DNA from: Gammaproteobacteria bacterium
Lineage (GTDB): Bacteria > Pseudomonadota > Gammaproteobacteria > Eutrophobiales > Eutrophobiaceae
Assembly (NCBI GenBank): GCA_965243205.1
Contig: CBDEUK010000002.1
Location: forward strand, 1,952,001-2,016,000
Direction of reading: 5' to 3'
Length of the DNA stretch: 64,000 nucleotides
Positions 28,481 to 38,422 of this stretch are shown here, in pieces. The notes under the pieces were generated by a model. It worked only from the letters and a program-made list of their open reading frames with translations. It was not told the DNA's origin and did no database searches. The position numbers and the translations under genes were made by a program. The number at the start of each line of letters is the position of its first letter. Position 1 is the stretch's first letter.

Positions 28481-30049
28481 ATGTTAGCTACTTTAAAATC
28501 GATTCCAATAAAACAATTACACATCCTATTTAACTTATTAATTTTATTATTCGTTTCAGCTTGTTCAACCAATCCAGTCACAGGTAAAAACGAATTAAGT
28601 TTATTGGGTGAGAGTTGGGAGTTAAATGTTGGCAAAGAACAATATAGTCCAACTCGACAATCTCAAGGTGGTGATTATGTAGTCGATCCTCAAGTTGAAG
28701 CTTATGTGAATCAAGTAGGACAAAAATTAGCAGCGGTAAGTGATCGTAAATTACCTTATGAATTCAATGTCATTAATAGCTCTGTTCCTAATGCCTGGGC
28801 TTTACCAGGTGGAAAAATTTCTATTAACCGTGGTTTATTAGTTGAGATGCAAAGTGAAGCTGAGCTCGCAGCGGTATTAGGTCATGAGATTGTTCATGCG
28901 GCGGCTCGTCATGGCGCACAAGGTGCACAACGAGGCATGTTATTACAAGGTGGGATCTTGGCTGCGAGCATTGCAACGGCGGGATCACAATACGCGAACT
29001 TAGCGCAGATAGGAGCTTCTATTGGTGCGCAGTTGATCAATACGAAATATGGTCGTGATGCAGAACGTGAGTCTGATCATTATGGTATGACCTATATGAG
29101 TCGAGCAGGTTATGATCCTCAGGGAGCTGTTGATTTACAAAAGACGTTTGTAAAACTTTCAGAAGGCAGACGACAAGACTTCCTCTCGGGTTTATTTGCA
29201 AGTCACCCTCCTTCACAGGAACGGGTTGAAAATAATACACAAGATGCAGCTAATTTGCCTACTGGCGGTGTTGTTGGTAAATCAGAATACCAACAAAAAC
29301 TAGCAACTTTATTTAAAACCAAACCCGCTTACGATGCTTATGATGAAGCTCAAAAAGCATTAACGGATGGAAATAACTCAAAGGCAAAATCATTAGCGCA
29401 AAAAGCGATCAAGCTAGAACCTCGTGAAGGCCATTTCCATTCATTGATGGGTGATATTGAACAAAAAAATAATAAATTACAGACAGCAAGAACACATTAT
29501 GATAAAGCAATTAGTTTAAACAATAATTTCTTTTACTATTTTTTACAAAATGGTTTAGTGAGTGAAAGATTAGGCGATCAAGCTGCTGCAAAACGTTATC
29601 TAGATCGAAGTCTACAATTATTACCAACTGCAAATGCATACAACTCTCTTGGAAATATCGCTAGAGCACAAGGCCAGATTAATTCGGCTAAACAGTATTA
29701 TTCGAAAGCGGCAGGCCAAAAAAATGAAGCAGGACAAGCTGCGTTTGGATCATTAGTTGAGTTAGACTTACCAACAAACCCAGGTAAGTATCTTCAAACA
29801 AGATATGGTGTTGCTAAAAATGGCCAATTACAGATTCAAGTAAATAATGCAACACCACGTAACGTTCGCAATATTGTTGTTGCGGTTCAGTATGTTGATG
29901 TCAATGGTAAATTAAGAAATATTCAACAAAAACTTTCTGGTGGTTTAGCTGCGGGTAAGAGTCAAGTCATCAATACGAATGTTCGTGTCAATACGGAATA
30001 TGCATCTCGCACACGTGTTGCAGTTGTTGCGGCTGCTTTAGCAAATTAA
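28481..30049 (+). CDS. M48 metallopeptidase lipoprotein with TPR repeats (BepA-like)
   Basis: Lipobox VSAC; NAWALPGG, HEIVH, ERESD, SHP; C-terminal TPR-like helices. Confidence 0.88.
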   Translation: MLATLKSIPIKQLHILFNLLILLFVSACSTNPVTGKNELSLLGESWELNVGKEQYSPTRQSQGGDYVVDPQVEAYVNQVGQKLAAVSDRKLPYEFNVINSSVPNAWALPGGKISINRGLLVEMQSEAELAAVLGHEIVHAAARHGAQGAQRGMLLQGGILAASIATAGSQYANLAQIGASIGAQLINTKYGRDAERESDHYGMTYMSRAGYDPQGAVDLQKTFVKLSEGRRQDFLSGLFASHPPSQERVENNTQDAANLPTGGVVGKSEYQQKLATLFKTKPAYDAYDEAQKALTDGNNSKAKSLAQKAIKLEPREGHFHSLMGDIEQKNNKLQTARTHYDKAISLNNNFFYYFLQNGLVSERLGDQAAAKRYLDRSLQLLPTANAYNSLGNIARAQGQINSAKQYYSKAAGQKNEAGQAAFGSLVELDLPTNPGKYLQTRYGVAKNGQLQIQVNNATPRNVRNIVVAVQYVDVNGKLRNIQQKLSGGLAAGKSQVINTNVRVNTEYASRTRVAVVAAALAN

Positions 30050-30052
30050 TAT

Positions 30053-30580
30053 ATGTCTAAGACTAGTCTTGAAAATAACTTAACAAAAGAACAACGACAG
30101 CAGGTTATCTTATTAACTGATGAAGCTATAGATTTTGCGACTAAGCAATTAAATCATCCTTTTCCAAAGGTTAATGTGAAGTTTGATTTGATTGGTAAAG
30201 CTGCGGGCATGTATGTTAATAAATATAATGAAAAAAACATTCGTTACAATCCATTTATTTTTGCTAAATATTTTTCTGAAAACATTGAATCAACAATTCC
30301 ACATGAAGTTGCTCATTATTTAGTAGATTGTGTTTATGGTATGAAAAATACCAAACCTCATGGCAAAGAATGGAAAGCGGTGATGAGAATGTTTAAAGCA
30401 GATGCCAGTGTTTATTGTAATTTTGATATATCAGATTTGCCACAGAGACAATATAAAACAATACAGTATCAATGTCGTTGTAGAATTCATGCTTTAACTA
30501 AGATACGTCATAATCGAATCAAGAAAGGTTATCGTTATCATTGTCGATTTTGTAAAACTTTATTGACTGAGATCGCATGA
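30053..30580 (+). CDS. sprT: SprT-like zinc metalloprotease
   Basis: HEVAH, PHGKEWK, CRC and CRFC motifs. Confidence 0.85.
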   Translation: MSKTSLENNLTKEQRQQVILLTDEAIDFATKQLNHPFPKVNVKFDLIGKAAGMYVNKYNEKNIRYNPFIFAKYFSENIESTIPHEVAHYLVDCVYGMKNTKPHGKEWKAVMRMFKADASVYCNFDISDLPQRQYKTIQYQCRCRIHALTKIRHNRIKKGYRYHCRFCKTLLTEIA

Positions 30581-31644
30581 TTCAATTTTTTGTTAATCTA
30601 ATTATTTCTTTACTACTATTTATTCCATTCACAAATTGTTTGGCTAATGAACAATTAGAGAAGCTAAATATTATTGATTGGCATGCACATGTCGCCGGGT
30701 TGGGTTATGGCGATAGTGGTAATTTTATTAATAAAGACATGCGCAATAATTTTCGTTTTGGTTTTTTTATGAGATGGATGTTAGTTAGTGAAAAAGAGTT
30801 GAAACAACATGGTGATCAAATTGTTGTTAAACGATTAAGTGAAAAACTGGCAAAATCTAAATATGTTGATCAAGCTGTTGTTTTAGCATTGGATGGTGTT
30901 ATAGATGAAACAACAAAACAATTAGATAAATCTTTAACGCAACTTCATGTCAGTAATACATTTGTCGCAACTGAAACCAAAAAATATTCGAATTTATTAT
31001 TTGGGGCAAGTATTAATCCACGGCGTGAGGATGCTATAGAGTTACTTGAGAAAGTCGTAGCACAAGGAGCAGTATTGATAAAATGGATCCCTTCCATAAT
31101 GTATATTGATCCCAGTGATGAAGCATTCATACCGTTTTATAAAAAAATGGCTGAACTCAATATTCCTTTGTTATCTCATACCGGAATGGAGAAATCATTT
31201 GCTACAGCGAAAGATGAATTAGCAGATCCAAAACGATTAGAATTACCATTGAGTTTAGGAGTGACGGTAATTGCTGCACATATTGCTACAACTGGGGAAT
31301 CTGATGGGCAGGATAATTTCGAAAGAATATTGCCTATGTTTGATCAATACGAAAATTTATACACAGATATATCAAGCTTAACCCAGATTAATAAACTGGG
31401 TTATTTAGCAAAAGCGTTAAAACATCCTGGCCTACAAGACCATATGATCTACGGTACTGATTGGCCTTTGCAATATTTTCCAGTTGTTTCACCTTGGTAT
31501 CACATTAATCACGTCGGATTCAAACATGCTAGTAAATTAAACGGTGTTAAGAATCAATGGGATAGAGATCTTTTATTAAAACAAGCGTTTGGTATTTCTC
31601 AAAAAATTTTAACCAGGAAGATTGGCTTGTTAAACGATAGGTAA
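30577..31644 (+). CDS. Amidohydrolase_2 family protein, probably exported
   Basis: IDWHAH, HTG, AAH, DIS and YGTDWP motifs; signal peptide. Confidence 0.82.
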   Translation: MIQFFVNLIISLLLFIPFTNCLANEQLEKLNIIDWHAHVAGLGYGDSGNFINKDMRNNFRFGFFMRWMLVSEKELKQHGDQIVVKRLSEKLAKSKYVDQAVVLALDGVIDETTKQLDKSLTQLHVSNTFVATETKKYSNLLFGASINPRREDAIELLEKVVAQGAVLIKWIPSIMYIDPSDEAFIPFYKKMAELNIPLLSHTGMEKSFATAKDELADPKRLELPLSLGVTVIAAHIATTGESDGQDNFERILPMFDQYENLYTDISSLTQINKLGYLAKALKHPGLQDHMIYGTDWPLQYFPVVSPWYHINHVGFKHASKLNGVKNQWDRDLLLKQAFGISQKILTRKIGLLNDR

Positions 31645-31790
31645 TGCCAATCATTTTTAGAAAAGTTCCATAGCTTTTTCGAATCATAGCTATCAACAAT
31701 AACAATTAGAAAAATAATAGGAAAAGACTATAGTTATCTCCAATGATTTAGGTCATTTAATTTAACTTTTAATCTATAGGAGAAACTATT

Positions 31791-32051
31791 ATGAAAAACT
31801 CAATTAACAATGTTGTTGTAGCCAGTGCAGTTGCTTTATTCGCTGCGAATGTAAATGCAGATGATGTTCAGTCTGTTATTAATCAACAAGTAGATTCTAG
31901 CAACTCAGTTGTTCAATCTTCGATCAGTACGAATGAACCACGAGTTTCTATTCAAGACTATGTTGATGCTGCTAGAAGTGCAGATGCTTTTCAAGCATCG
32001 AATCAAACAGCAGATGTTCGCGCATTATCTGGCGTTCAAAACGCACTTTAA
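31791..32051 (+). CDS. Small secreted protein, copy 1
   Basis: SD AGGAG; Sec signal ending VNA; paralog downstream. Confidence 0.85.
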   Translation: MKNSINNVVVASAVALFAANVNADDVQSVINQQVDSSNSVVQSSISTNEPRVSIQDYVDAARSADAFQASNQTADVRALSGVQNAL

Positions 32052-32071
32052 TTTTAAATTTTAGTGTTATT

Positions 32072-32103
32072 AAAAACCGAGGCTTTATAGTCTCGGTTTT
32101 TTT
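32072..32103 (+). terminator. Intrinsic terminator
   Basis: AAAAACCGAGGCT-TTAT-AGTCTCGGTTTTTTT. Confidence 0.88.
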
Positions 32104-32282
32104 ATGGCCATTGCTTAACGACTTCAAAATATTAATAACGATCAGTTCAAAAATAGTTCCATAGCTTTTTCGAATCATAGCCATCAACAATAACAATTAG
32201 AAAAATAATAGGAAAAGACTATAGTTATCTCTAATGATTTAGGTCATTCAATTTAACTTTTAACTCTATAGGAGAAACTATT

Positions 32283-32543
32283 ATGAAAAACTTAATTAAT
32301 AATGTTGTTGTAGCCAGTGCAGTTACCTTATTCGCTGCGAATGTAAATGCAGATAGTATTCACGCTGCTATCAGTAACCAAGTAGATGTTGCTAATACTG
32401 TTGTTGAAACCTCTATGAATAAAGGTGAGCCACGAGTCAGTATTCAGGATTATGTTGAAGCAGCTCGAAGTGCAGATGTTGTTCAAACATCCGATCAAAC
32501 AGCAGCTGTCCGTGCATTATCTGGTGTTAGCAACGCACTTTAA
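32283..32543 (+). CDS. Small secreted protein, copy 2
   Basis: Same features as copy 1. Confidence 0.85.
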   Translation: MKNLINNVVVASAVTLFAANVNADSIHAAISNQVDVANTVVETSMNKGEPRVSIQDYVEAARSADVVQTSDQTAAVRALSGVSNAL

Positions 32544-32562
32544 TTTCAATATTAGTGTTATC

Positions 32563-32596
32563 AAAAAAACCGAGGCTTTGTAGTCTCGGTTTTTTT
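32563..32596. terminator. Bidirectional intrinsic terminator
   Basis: A7-CCGAGGCT-TTGT-AGTCTCGG-T7 between convergent genes. Confidence 0.88.
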
Positions 32597-33284
32597 ATGC
32601 GGCGATTTCAAAAACAGTTTCTATCTTTTGAGTGTTTTGAGTGATGTAATTATTTTCAATATTCACACTAACGCCATGTGAGGCAGAGCTATGTTGTCCT
32701 CCACACTCAGCGCAAAAATTTGGTTGTGTTTCTGGTTTAGATTCATTAAGTGGAGTTGAATTTTGAGCTGCTAACTCGGCACGAGCTTCAGCAGCCATCG
32801 CTGCCGCATCTGCAGCAACCGCCCTATCTTGTTGTGAAGGTTCAGCAGGTGCTAATGCTGCACGCTGAATTTTCTGTGCCTTTTCTAAAGTAGCTTTAGG
32901 ATCACCTTCAACTGGCGATGTATCAATATTAACGGAGCCACCTACAGCGTAGCGTTTGCCATCTGGACCTGTTTGAAACTCATAAGAAGGACCACCTTGA
33001 GCTAATGAACCTGCTGCTGCGGCGTGTGCTTGTTCATGAGCGCGCACTTCTCGGTCACGTTGTTTTAGTTTTTCGACTTGTTTTTTTTCTTGCTCAGTAA
33101 GCTCAGTCGATTGTTTATTGTTATTAGAGTTTTCTGATTCAAGTGTTGGATTGGTGGATAAATGGTTTTTATCAGTTGGCGACGATTCTTTAGAGTTTTC
33201 TTCTTTAGCAACCGTAGTTATCGATATTTGAGGTGTATACGGTTGGGAGGAATGCAGTTGATGACTATATGAAAAATGAATCAT
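32595..33284 (-). CDS. SprA-related family protein
   Basis: LKQRDREVRAHEQAH, GPDGKRYAVGG.V.ID and AALAPAEPS.QDRAVA motifs. Confidence 0.85.
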   Translation of the reverse strand: MIHFSYSHQLHSSQPYTPQISITTVAKEENSKESSPTDKNHLSTNPTLESENSNNNKQSTELTEQEKKQVEKLKQRDREVRAHEQAHAAAAGSLAQGGPSYEFQTGPDGKRYAVGGSVNIDTSPVEGDPKATLEKAQKIQRAALAPAEPSQQDRAVAADAAAMAAEARAELAAQNSTPLNESKPETQPNFCAECGGQHSSASHGVSVNIENNYITQNTQKIETVFEIAA

Positions 33285-33313
33285 GCCAAAAAATTTTAAT
33301 TTAATCCTAATTC

Positions 33314-33340
33314 ATATCGACACTAATACTAAAAACTTAA
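33314..33340 (-). promoter_or_regulatory. Candidate sigma-28 (FliA) promoter
   Basis: TTAAGTTT-N11-GTCGATAT versus consensus TAAAGTTT-N11-GCCGATAA. Confidence 0.55.
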
Positions 33341-33436
33341 TAAAAGAAGGTTGTGTCATGGGCAAACTTTGATGCTATCTTTGAGAAAGTGATTTAGATT
33401 TATAATTAGATTTACAATACGATAAAGAGAAATTCA

Positions 33437-33823
33437 ATGAGAATGGCGAAATATTTAATCGTTTTTTTGTCTATAGTGACGAGTAAGCTATTGGCAGAAG
33501 AAGACACAAAAGACTATTTTTATATTAAACCGAGTGCATTTACGGGTGAGACTTTTCTATCAATGTCAGAGGATGATAAAGCACTTTATTTATTAGGTCT
33601 GGGTGATGGGATAAATCTCGCACCGTTTTTTAAAATAGACGAAGATAGCTTTGCCAAGTATCGTGAATGTTTTAAAGGCATGACAGGTGCTGATTTAGCA
33701 AATACTGTAACAGGGTATCTTGAGAAAAATTCAGCTCTAAAAAAAGAAGGCATTCATATAAGTTCATTTAAAGCATACACAGAATTATGTTACAAAAAAG
33801 CGAATAAAGAGTTAGCTAATTAG
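33437..33823 (+). CDS. Hypothetical exported protein
   Basis: Signal peptide ending LLA; two Cys; 3' end overlaps queA by 12 bp. Confidence 0.65.
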   Translation: MRMAKYLIVFLSIVTSKLLAEEDTKDYFYIKPSAFTGETFLSMSEDDKALYLLGLGDGINLAPFFKIDEDSFAKYRECFKGMTGADLANTVTGYLEKNSALKKEGIHISSFKAYTELCYKKANKELAN

Positions 33824-34825
33824 CATCGCATCCCCATAACTAAAAAAACGATAACCTTGTTTTATTGCATGATTATAAGCGTTTAAAATACTTTGTTTTG
33901 ATGAAAATGCTGAGACAAGCATTAGTAATGTTGATTGTGGTAGATGAAAATTTGTAATTAAAGCATCGACTAATTTATATTCAAATCCAGGATAGATGAA
34001 GATATCAGTTTCCCCTTGGCTTGCTTGTATTTCTTTATTTTGTGCAATAGTTTCTAGTACTCTAACACTAGTAGTTCCAACAGCTATAATACGTCTGCCA
34101 GTATTTTTTGCTTGTAAAATTTTTTCAGAATTTATTGAATCAAGTTCATAACGCTCACTATGCATCTTATGGTTTGTTACGTCATCAACCCTTACTGGTT
34201 GAAAAGTCCCAGCTCCAACATGTAATGTAATGTAGGCAAAATCAATTTTTTTATTCGCCAATTCTAATAAGATTTCATCTGTAAAATGTAGACCTGCTGT
34301 TGGAGCTGCTACTGCACCTTCATGTTTCGCGTAAATGGTTTGATATCGAGATTGATCTGAAATTTCATCTGGCCTTTCTATATAGGGAGGTAGAGGTAAA
34401 TGCCCTAGCGAATCTAAAATTGGCATCAATGGTATTAAAGATTCAATGTAAAATAATTCATCCTTTCTTCCAGCTACTAATAATTTTGTATTATCACTAA
34501 GTAAGATTTCTGTTCCAGGTTTTGGAGATTTGCTGGCTTTAATATGCGCTAAAGCAGTTGACTCTGACAAAACTCGTTCAATAAGTAATTCTACTTTTCC
34601 ACCTGAAGATTTCTTACCATACAAGCGTGCTGGTATGACTTTAGTGTTATTAAATACCAATAAATCCTCTGGCATTAAAAGTTGAGTTAAATCTGAAAAT
34701 TGATGATCCGTTACGTTTCCGCTGGTTCTATCGAGGCATAATAAACGACTGTCACCGCGTTGTTCAGTGGGGTATTGTGCTATTAACTCTGGTGGTAGTT
34801 TGAAATCAAAATCCGCTGTTTTCAT
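33812..34825 (-). CDS. queA: S-adenosylmethionine:tRNA ribosyltransferase-isomerase
   Basis: DFDFKLPPELIAQYP, AAPTAGLHF, TNFHLP.STL, RFFSYGDAM; true start ATG 34825. Confidence 0.96.
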   Translation of the reverse strand: MKTADFDFKLPPELIAQYPTEQRGDSRLLCLDRTSGNVTDHQFSDLTQLLMPEDLLVFNNTKVIPARLYGKKSSGGKVELLIERVLSESTALAHIKASKSPKPGTEILLSDNTKLLVAGRKDELFYIESLIPLMPILDSLGHLPLPPYIERPDEISDQSRYQTIYAKHEGAVAAPTAGLHFTDEILLELANKKIDFAYITLHVGAGTFQPVRVDDVTNHKMHSERYELDSINSEKILQAKNTGRRIIAVGTTSVRVLETIAQNKEIQASQGETDIFIYPGFEYKLVDALITNFHLPQSTLLMLVSAFSSKQSILNAYNHAIKQGYRFFSYGDAMLIS

Positions 34826-34920
34826 GATGGCGAATAGTAGCATAGACGATTGATTAAATTGCAATAAAGGGATTTTCCGCCTGAGTAAATTACCGTATAC
34901 TGCATCGCCTTCGCTTTCGT

Positions 34921-35007
34921 GCCGGGATGGCGGAACTGGTAGACGCGCTGGATTCAAAATCCAGTTCTGGTGACAGAGTGGGGGTTCGATTCCCCCTCCC
35001 GGTACCA
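34921..35007 (+). tRNA. tRNA-Leu (anticodon CAA)
   Basis: GCCGGGA/TCCCGGT acceptor stem, CTGGA-TTCAAAA-TCCAG anticodon arm, long variable arm, GGTTCGATTCC, encoded CCA. Confidence 0.96.
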
Positions 35008-35132
35008 AATCAACATATTTAGCCACAATTAAACCAATCAGATACGACTAATTGCTCTGTGAGCCTATAATTTTTTTGCTAAGCTATAAACTAAAAAAAT
35101 TATAAACATTTTGACACATGGAGGCATGAAAG

Positions 35133-37934
35133 ATGGCAGAAGAGCAATCATGGCAAATCTGTGAATTCCTACTAAACATCTTAAATTGTATCGATGATGC
35201 TTTTTATATAAAAGATCTACAAGGAACATACCTTTATGTAAATCAAAGTTCAGCTAAGCTAATAGGTAAACCTGTCGATAAAATTATTGGATTCGAAGAT
35301 TCAGAAATATTTAATTCAACAGCACTTGCTCAAATAAGAGCACTTGATAATAAAGTTTTATCAACCAAAGAATCTGTTCGTGTAGAAACACATTATAAAA
35401 TACACAAAGCAGAACATTATTTCCAAACATTACTTTCTCCTGCATATTCAAAAGATAATGAAATAGTTGGAATACTTGGAATTTCCAGAGATATCACAGA
35501 GTATAAAGATCTCATACATGAAGTAGAAAAAAGTAGAGAAGAATTAAATATAATACTTAATAATTCTGCGGATGCGATCTATCGTAAAGATTTACTTGGC
35601 CGTTATGTATTCATTAATCCTGCCGCTGCTCAAATGATGAATAAAGAGCAGTCTGAAATATTACATCATACTGATCTTGAATTGTTTGGTGATAGTGTTA
35701 ATAAAAAAATCAGGAAAGCTGACAGAGATGTTTTAGATTCTAAGACACCAATCAATTTTACTACTCAATATATAGATGGAAGTCATCAGGAATGGTTTAA
35801 CGTTTCGTTAAGTCCAGCTTTTGGTGGCCATAATAAAACACTCGGCGTTATTGGAATATCCAAAAATATTACTGAGCAAAAAAGACTTGAGATGGAATTA
35901 CGTCAAAGCAACGAGCAAATGTTGACAATCCTTGAAAGCACTAGCGACGCAATCTATGCAAAAGATTTAAACGGAAAATATTTGTTTGTAAATAGTGCTT
36001 GTGAAACATTTACGGGAAAAAAGTCACAAGAAATTGTTGGTAAAACAGATGAAGAAATTTTTGATTCTATTACTTGTGAGACTATAAAAGCATTTGATAA
36101 AAAAGTAATAGAAACTAATCAAACAGTGGTGACAGATCAATGTTTTGGTGAAACAGGCCATGAATCTTGGTTTCATTCAACAATTTCACCTGCTTATTCA
36201 CCAGATGGTAAGTTAATCGGTGTTATTGGTAACTCAAGAAATATGACGGATTATCAGCTTACGCAAGAAAAATTATGGCAAAGCGAGTCGCGTTATTATT
36301 CCTTGTATCATGATACGCCTGCTATATTTCTTACCTTAGATTCTGCTGGAGTTGTGATTGAAGCGAATGCCTACGGAGCAAGTAAACTAGGGTATGACTT
36401 AGAAGAGATAAAAAATATTTCAATTTACCAAATCATTCCTCCTGAAGATAAGAATTCATTTAAACGTGATTTACAGACCGCATTAGATAATCCTGGAACA
36501 TTATATCAAGCAGAAAGGCGTTATGTTTCAAAAGATGGGAAAATTATATGGGGTAAAGACTTTGTCAGAGTTGTTTATGATCAGCATGGAAACGCGAGCA
36601 TCCCAATATTATCTGAGAATATTACTGAAGCTAAAGAACTTCATACTGAATTAAACTTCAGAGATACACATGACACACTCACTGGTTATTTAAATTTAGA
36701 TGGTTTCAATACTGAACTACAAAGAGCGATAGAGTTTTGTAAGAATGACAGTATATCGCATGTTTTATATGCTATAGAGATTGATAATTTTAAATTAGTT
36801 AATGATGCATTAGGACATGATGCAGGTGATAAGCTACTCATAATAATGAGTCAATTATTAACTAGCTTGATTCGTGATAGAGATATTCCAGGAAGGCTTG
36901 GTGGTGATGAGTTTATAGTGTTAATGGAAAATACAACCTCAGTTGAAGCAGAATCATTTATAGAATCTATTTTAGGTATGTTAGGAAATTATAAATTCGA
37001 ACATAAAGATAAAATATTTAATATTTCAGTAAATATTGGTGTTCTATTAATCAATAGTGATATGGAAAACGTTACTTCGGCGATTAATAAAGTAAGACAT
37101 GCTGTTTTTTCCGCTAAAAATCTTGGTAAAGATAGAATTCATTTTTATGATCAAGAAGATGGTGAAATAAAATCACGACGGGAAGAACTAGAAACAATTT
37201 CTAATATTAATAATGCTTTAGAAAATGATTATTTTGAATTACATGCACAAAAAATTTATTCATTGAAATCTGATAGAGAACTTCCATTTTATGAAATCTT
37301 AATAAGAATGAAAAATGAATCAGGGAAGCTCATTTCGCCAGGAAAATTTTTGCCGATATTGGAACATAATTATCTTGTCTATCAATTAGATTCATGGGTG
37401 ATTAGTCATACTTTTAATTGGATATATACTCATCAACAAGTATTGGAACAAGTTAGTCATTTTTCAATTAATATTTCTGGGCAATCTCTTTCTAATGAAA
37501 GCTTATTAGATCTGATTATTAATTTATTCATTAAATATAGAATACCCTATGAAAAAATTTGTTTTGAAATAACAGAAACAGCAGCTGTTTCAAATATGAC
37601 GAATGCCCTCCAATTTATTAATACTTTAAGAAGACATGGTTGTTTTATTGCCTTAGATGATTTTGGTGCTGGACTTTCTTCTTTTCGTTATTTAAGAGAT
37701 ATCCCTGTTGATTATGTAAAAATAGATGGGGCATTTATCAAGAATATTACAAATAACTATTCTGACTATATGTTAACTCAAGGAATTCATAGCTTAGTTA
37801 AAGATATGGGGATGCGCACCATTGCCGAATTCGTTGAAAATAATGATATTTTAAATTCAATTAATAAAATTGGTATTCATTATGCTCAAGGTTATCATAT
37901 CCATGTGCCTGAAAAATTAGATACGATTTTTTAA
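35133..37934 (+). CDS. Multi-PAS GGDEF-EAL c-di-GMP signalling protein
   Basis: Three D.IY.KDL.G.Y..N PAS repeats plus a fourth PAS; RLGGDEF; EIL, EITE and DDFG motifs. Confidence 0.92.
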   Translation: MAEEQSWQICEFLLNILNCIDDAFYIKDLQGTYLYVNQSSAKLIGKPVDKIIGFEDSEIFNSTALAQIRALDNKVLSTKESVRVETHYKIHKAEHYFQTLLSPAYSKDNEIVGILGISRDITEYKDLIHEVEKSREELNIILNNSADAIYRKDLLGRYVFINPAAAQMMNKEQSEILHHTDLELFGDSVNKKIRKADRDVLDSKTPINFTTQYIDGSHQEWFNVSLSPAFGGHNKTLGVIGISKNITEQKRLEMELRQSNEQMLTILESTSDAIYAKDLNGKYLFVNSACETFTGKKSQEIVGKTDEEIFDSITCETIKAFDKKVIETNQTVVTDQCFGETGHESWFHSTISPAYSPDGKLIGVIGNSRNMTDYQLTQEKLWQSESRYYSLYHDTPAIFLTLDSAGVVIEANAYGASKLGYDLEEIKNISIYQIIPPEDKNSFKRDLQTALDNPGTLYQAERRYVSKDGKIIWGKDFVRVVYDQHGNASIPILSENITEAKELHTELNFRDTHDTLTGYLNLDGFNTELQRAIEFCKNDSISHVLYAIEIDNFKLVNDALGHDAGDKLLIIMSQLLTSLIRDRDIPGRLGGDEFIVLMENTTSVEAESFIESILGMLGNYKFEHKDKIFNISVNIGVLLINSDMENVTSAINKVRHAVFSAKNLGKDRIHFYDQEDGEIKSRREELETISNINNALENDYFELHAQKIYSLKSDRELPFYEILIRMKNESGKLISPGKFLPILEHNYLVYQLDSWVISHTFNWIYTHQQVLEQVSHFSINISGQSLSNESLLDLIINLFIKYRIPYEKICFEITETAAVSNMTNALQFINTLRRHGCFIALDDFGAGLSSFRYLRDIPVDYVKIDGAFIKNITNNYSDYMLTQGIHSLVKDMGMRTIAEFVENNDILNSINKIGIHYAQGYHIHVPEKLDTIF

Positions 37935-37957
37935 CTTTTTATACTATTTAGTAAAGT

Positions 37958-38422
37958 TTAATAGTTGTATAAAGAAGATAGTACTCGCCAATCATTTTGC
38001 TCAATAATCACATTCCAACGCCCTGCAGCTAGCTCAGCAAATTCTGAGCTATAAATTGTAGGTGTATTTTTTTTCATGACTAGAGTTTGATCGTAACCTT
38101 GTTGAGTAGCATGAGATAGAGTAACGGTCAGTGAATCTGGATAGATAAAATTTTCATTGGCTAATAACCTTAACTGTAAGATCTTATCTGATTTAGTTAT
38201 TTGGGCTGAGAGTCCATAGAGGTTTGCTTTATTATTTTTTTCTAGGCGTTTATTAATAGCTAAACCTTGTTTGTAATAATCATCAACGACTAAGCCATCG
38301 TAAGAAACTACAGCAAGATATAACGTATAGACTCCGGCTAATATTGCAGAGGCTGGCAAACTGATAATGAACCAGACAAATGGTTCTTTATACCAAGGTC
38401 GTAATGTTTCATTCATATTCAT
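37958..38422 (-). CDS. ccoH: cbb3 oxidase assembly protein CcoH/FixH
   Basis: PWYKEPFVWFII.LP and DGLVVDDYYKQGLAIN motifs. Confidence 0.88.
   Translation of the reverse strand: MNMNETLRPWYKEPFVWFIISLPASAILAGVYTLYLAVVSYDGLVVDDYYKQGLAINKRLEKNNKANLYGLSAQITKSDKILQLRLLANENFIYPDSLTVTLSHATQQGYDQTLVMKKNTPTIYSSEFAELAAGRWNVIIEQNDWRVLSSLYNY

Larger units (their letters stand above)
31664..32596 (+). repeat. Tandem duplication of a ~440-bp promoter-gene-terminator unit (31664-32103 and 32155-32596)
   Basis: Upstream regions differ at 4 of ~128 positions; proteins 61/86 identical; matching terminators. Confidence 0.93.

Noticed and set aside
34826-35026. 67-aa N-terminal extension of QueA in the ORF track
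   Set aside because: It is the antisense reading of tRNA-Leu; QueA homology starts at MKTADFDF (34825)
35008-37950. Genomic island integrated at tRNA-Leu
   Set aside because: No integrase and no duplicated tRNA 3' end seen; only a single signalling gene follows
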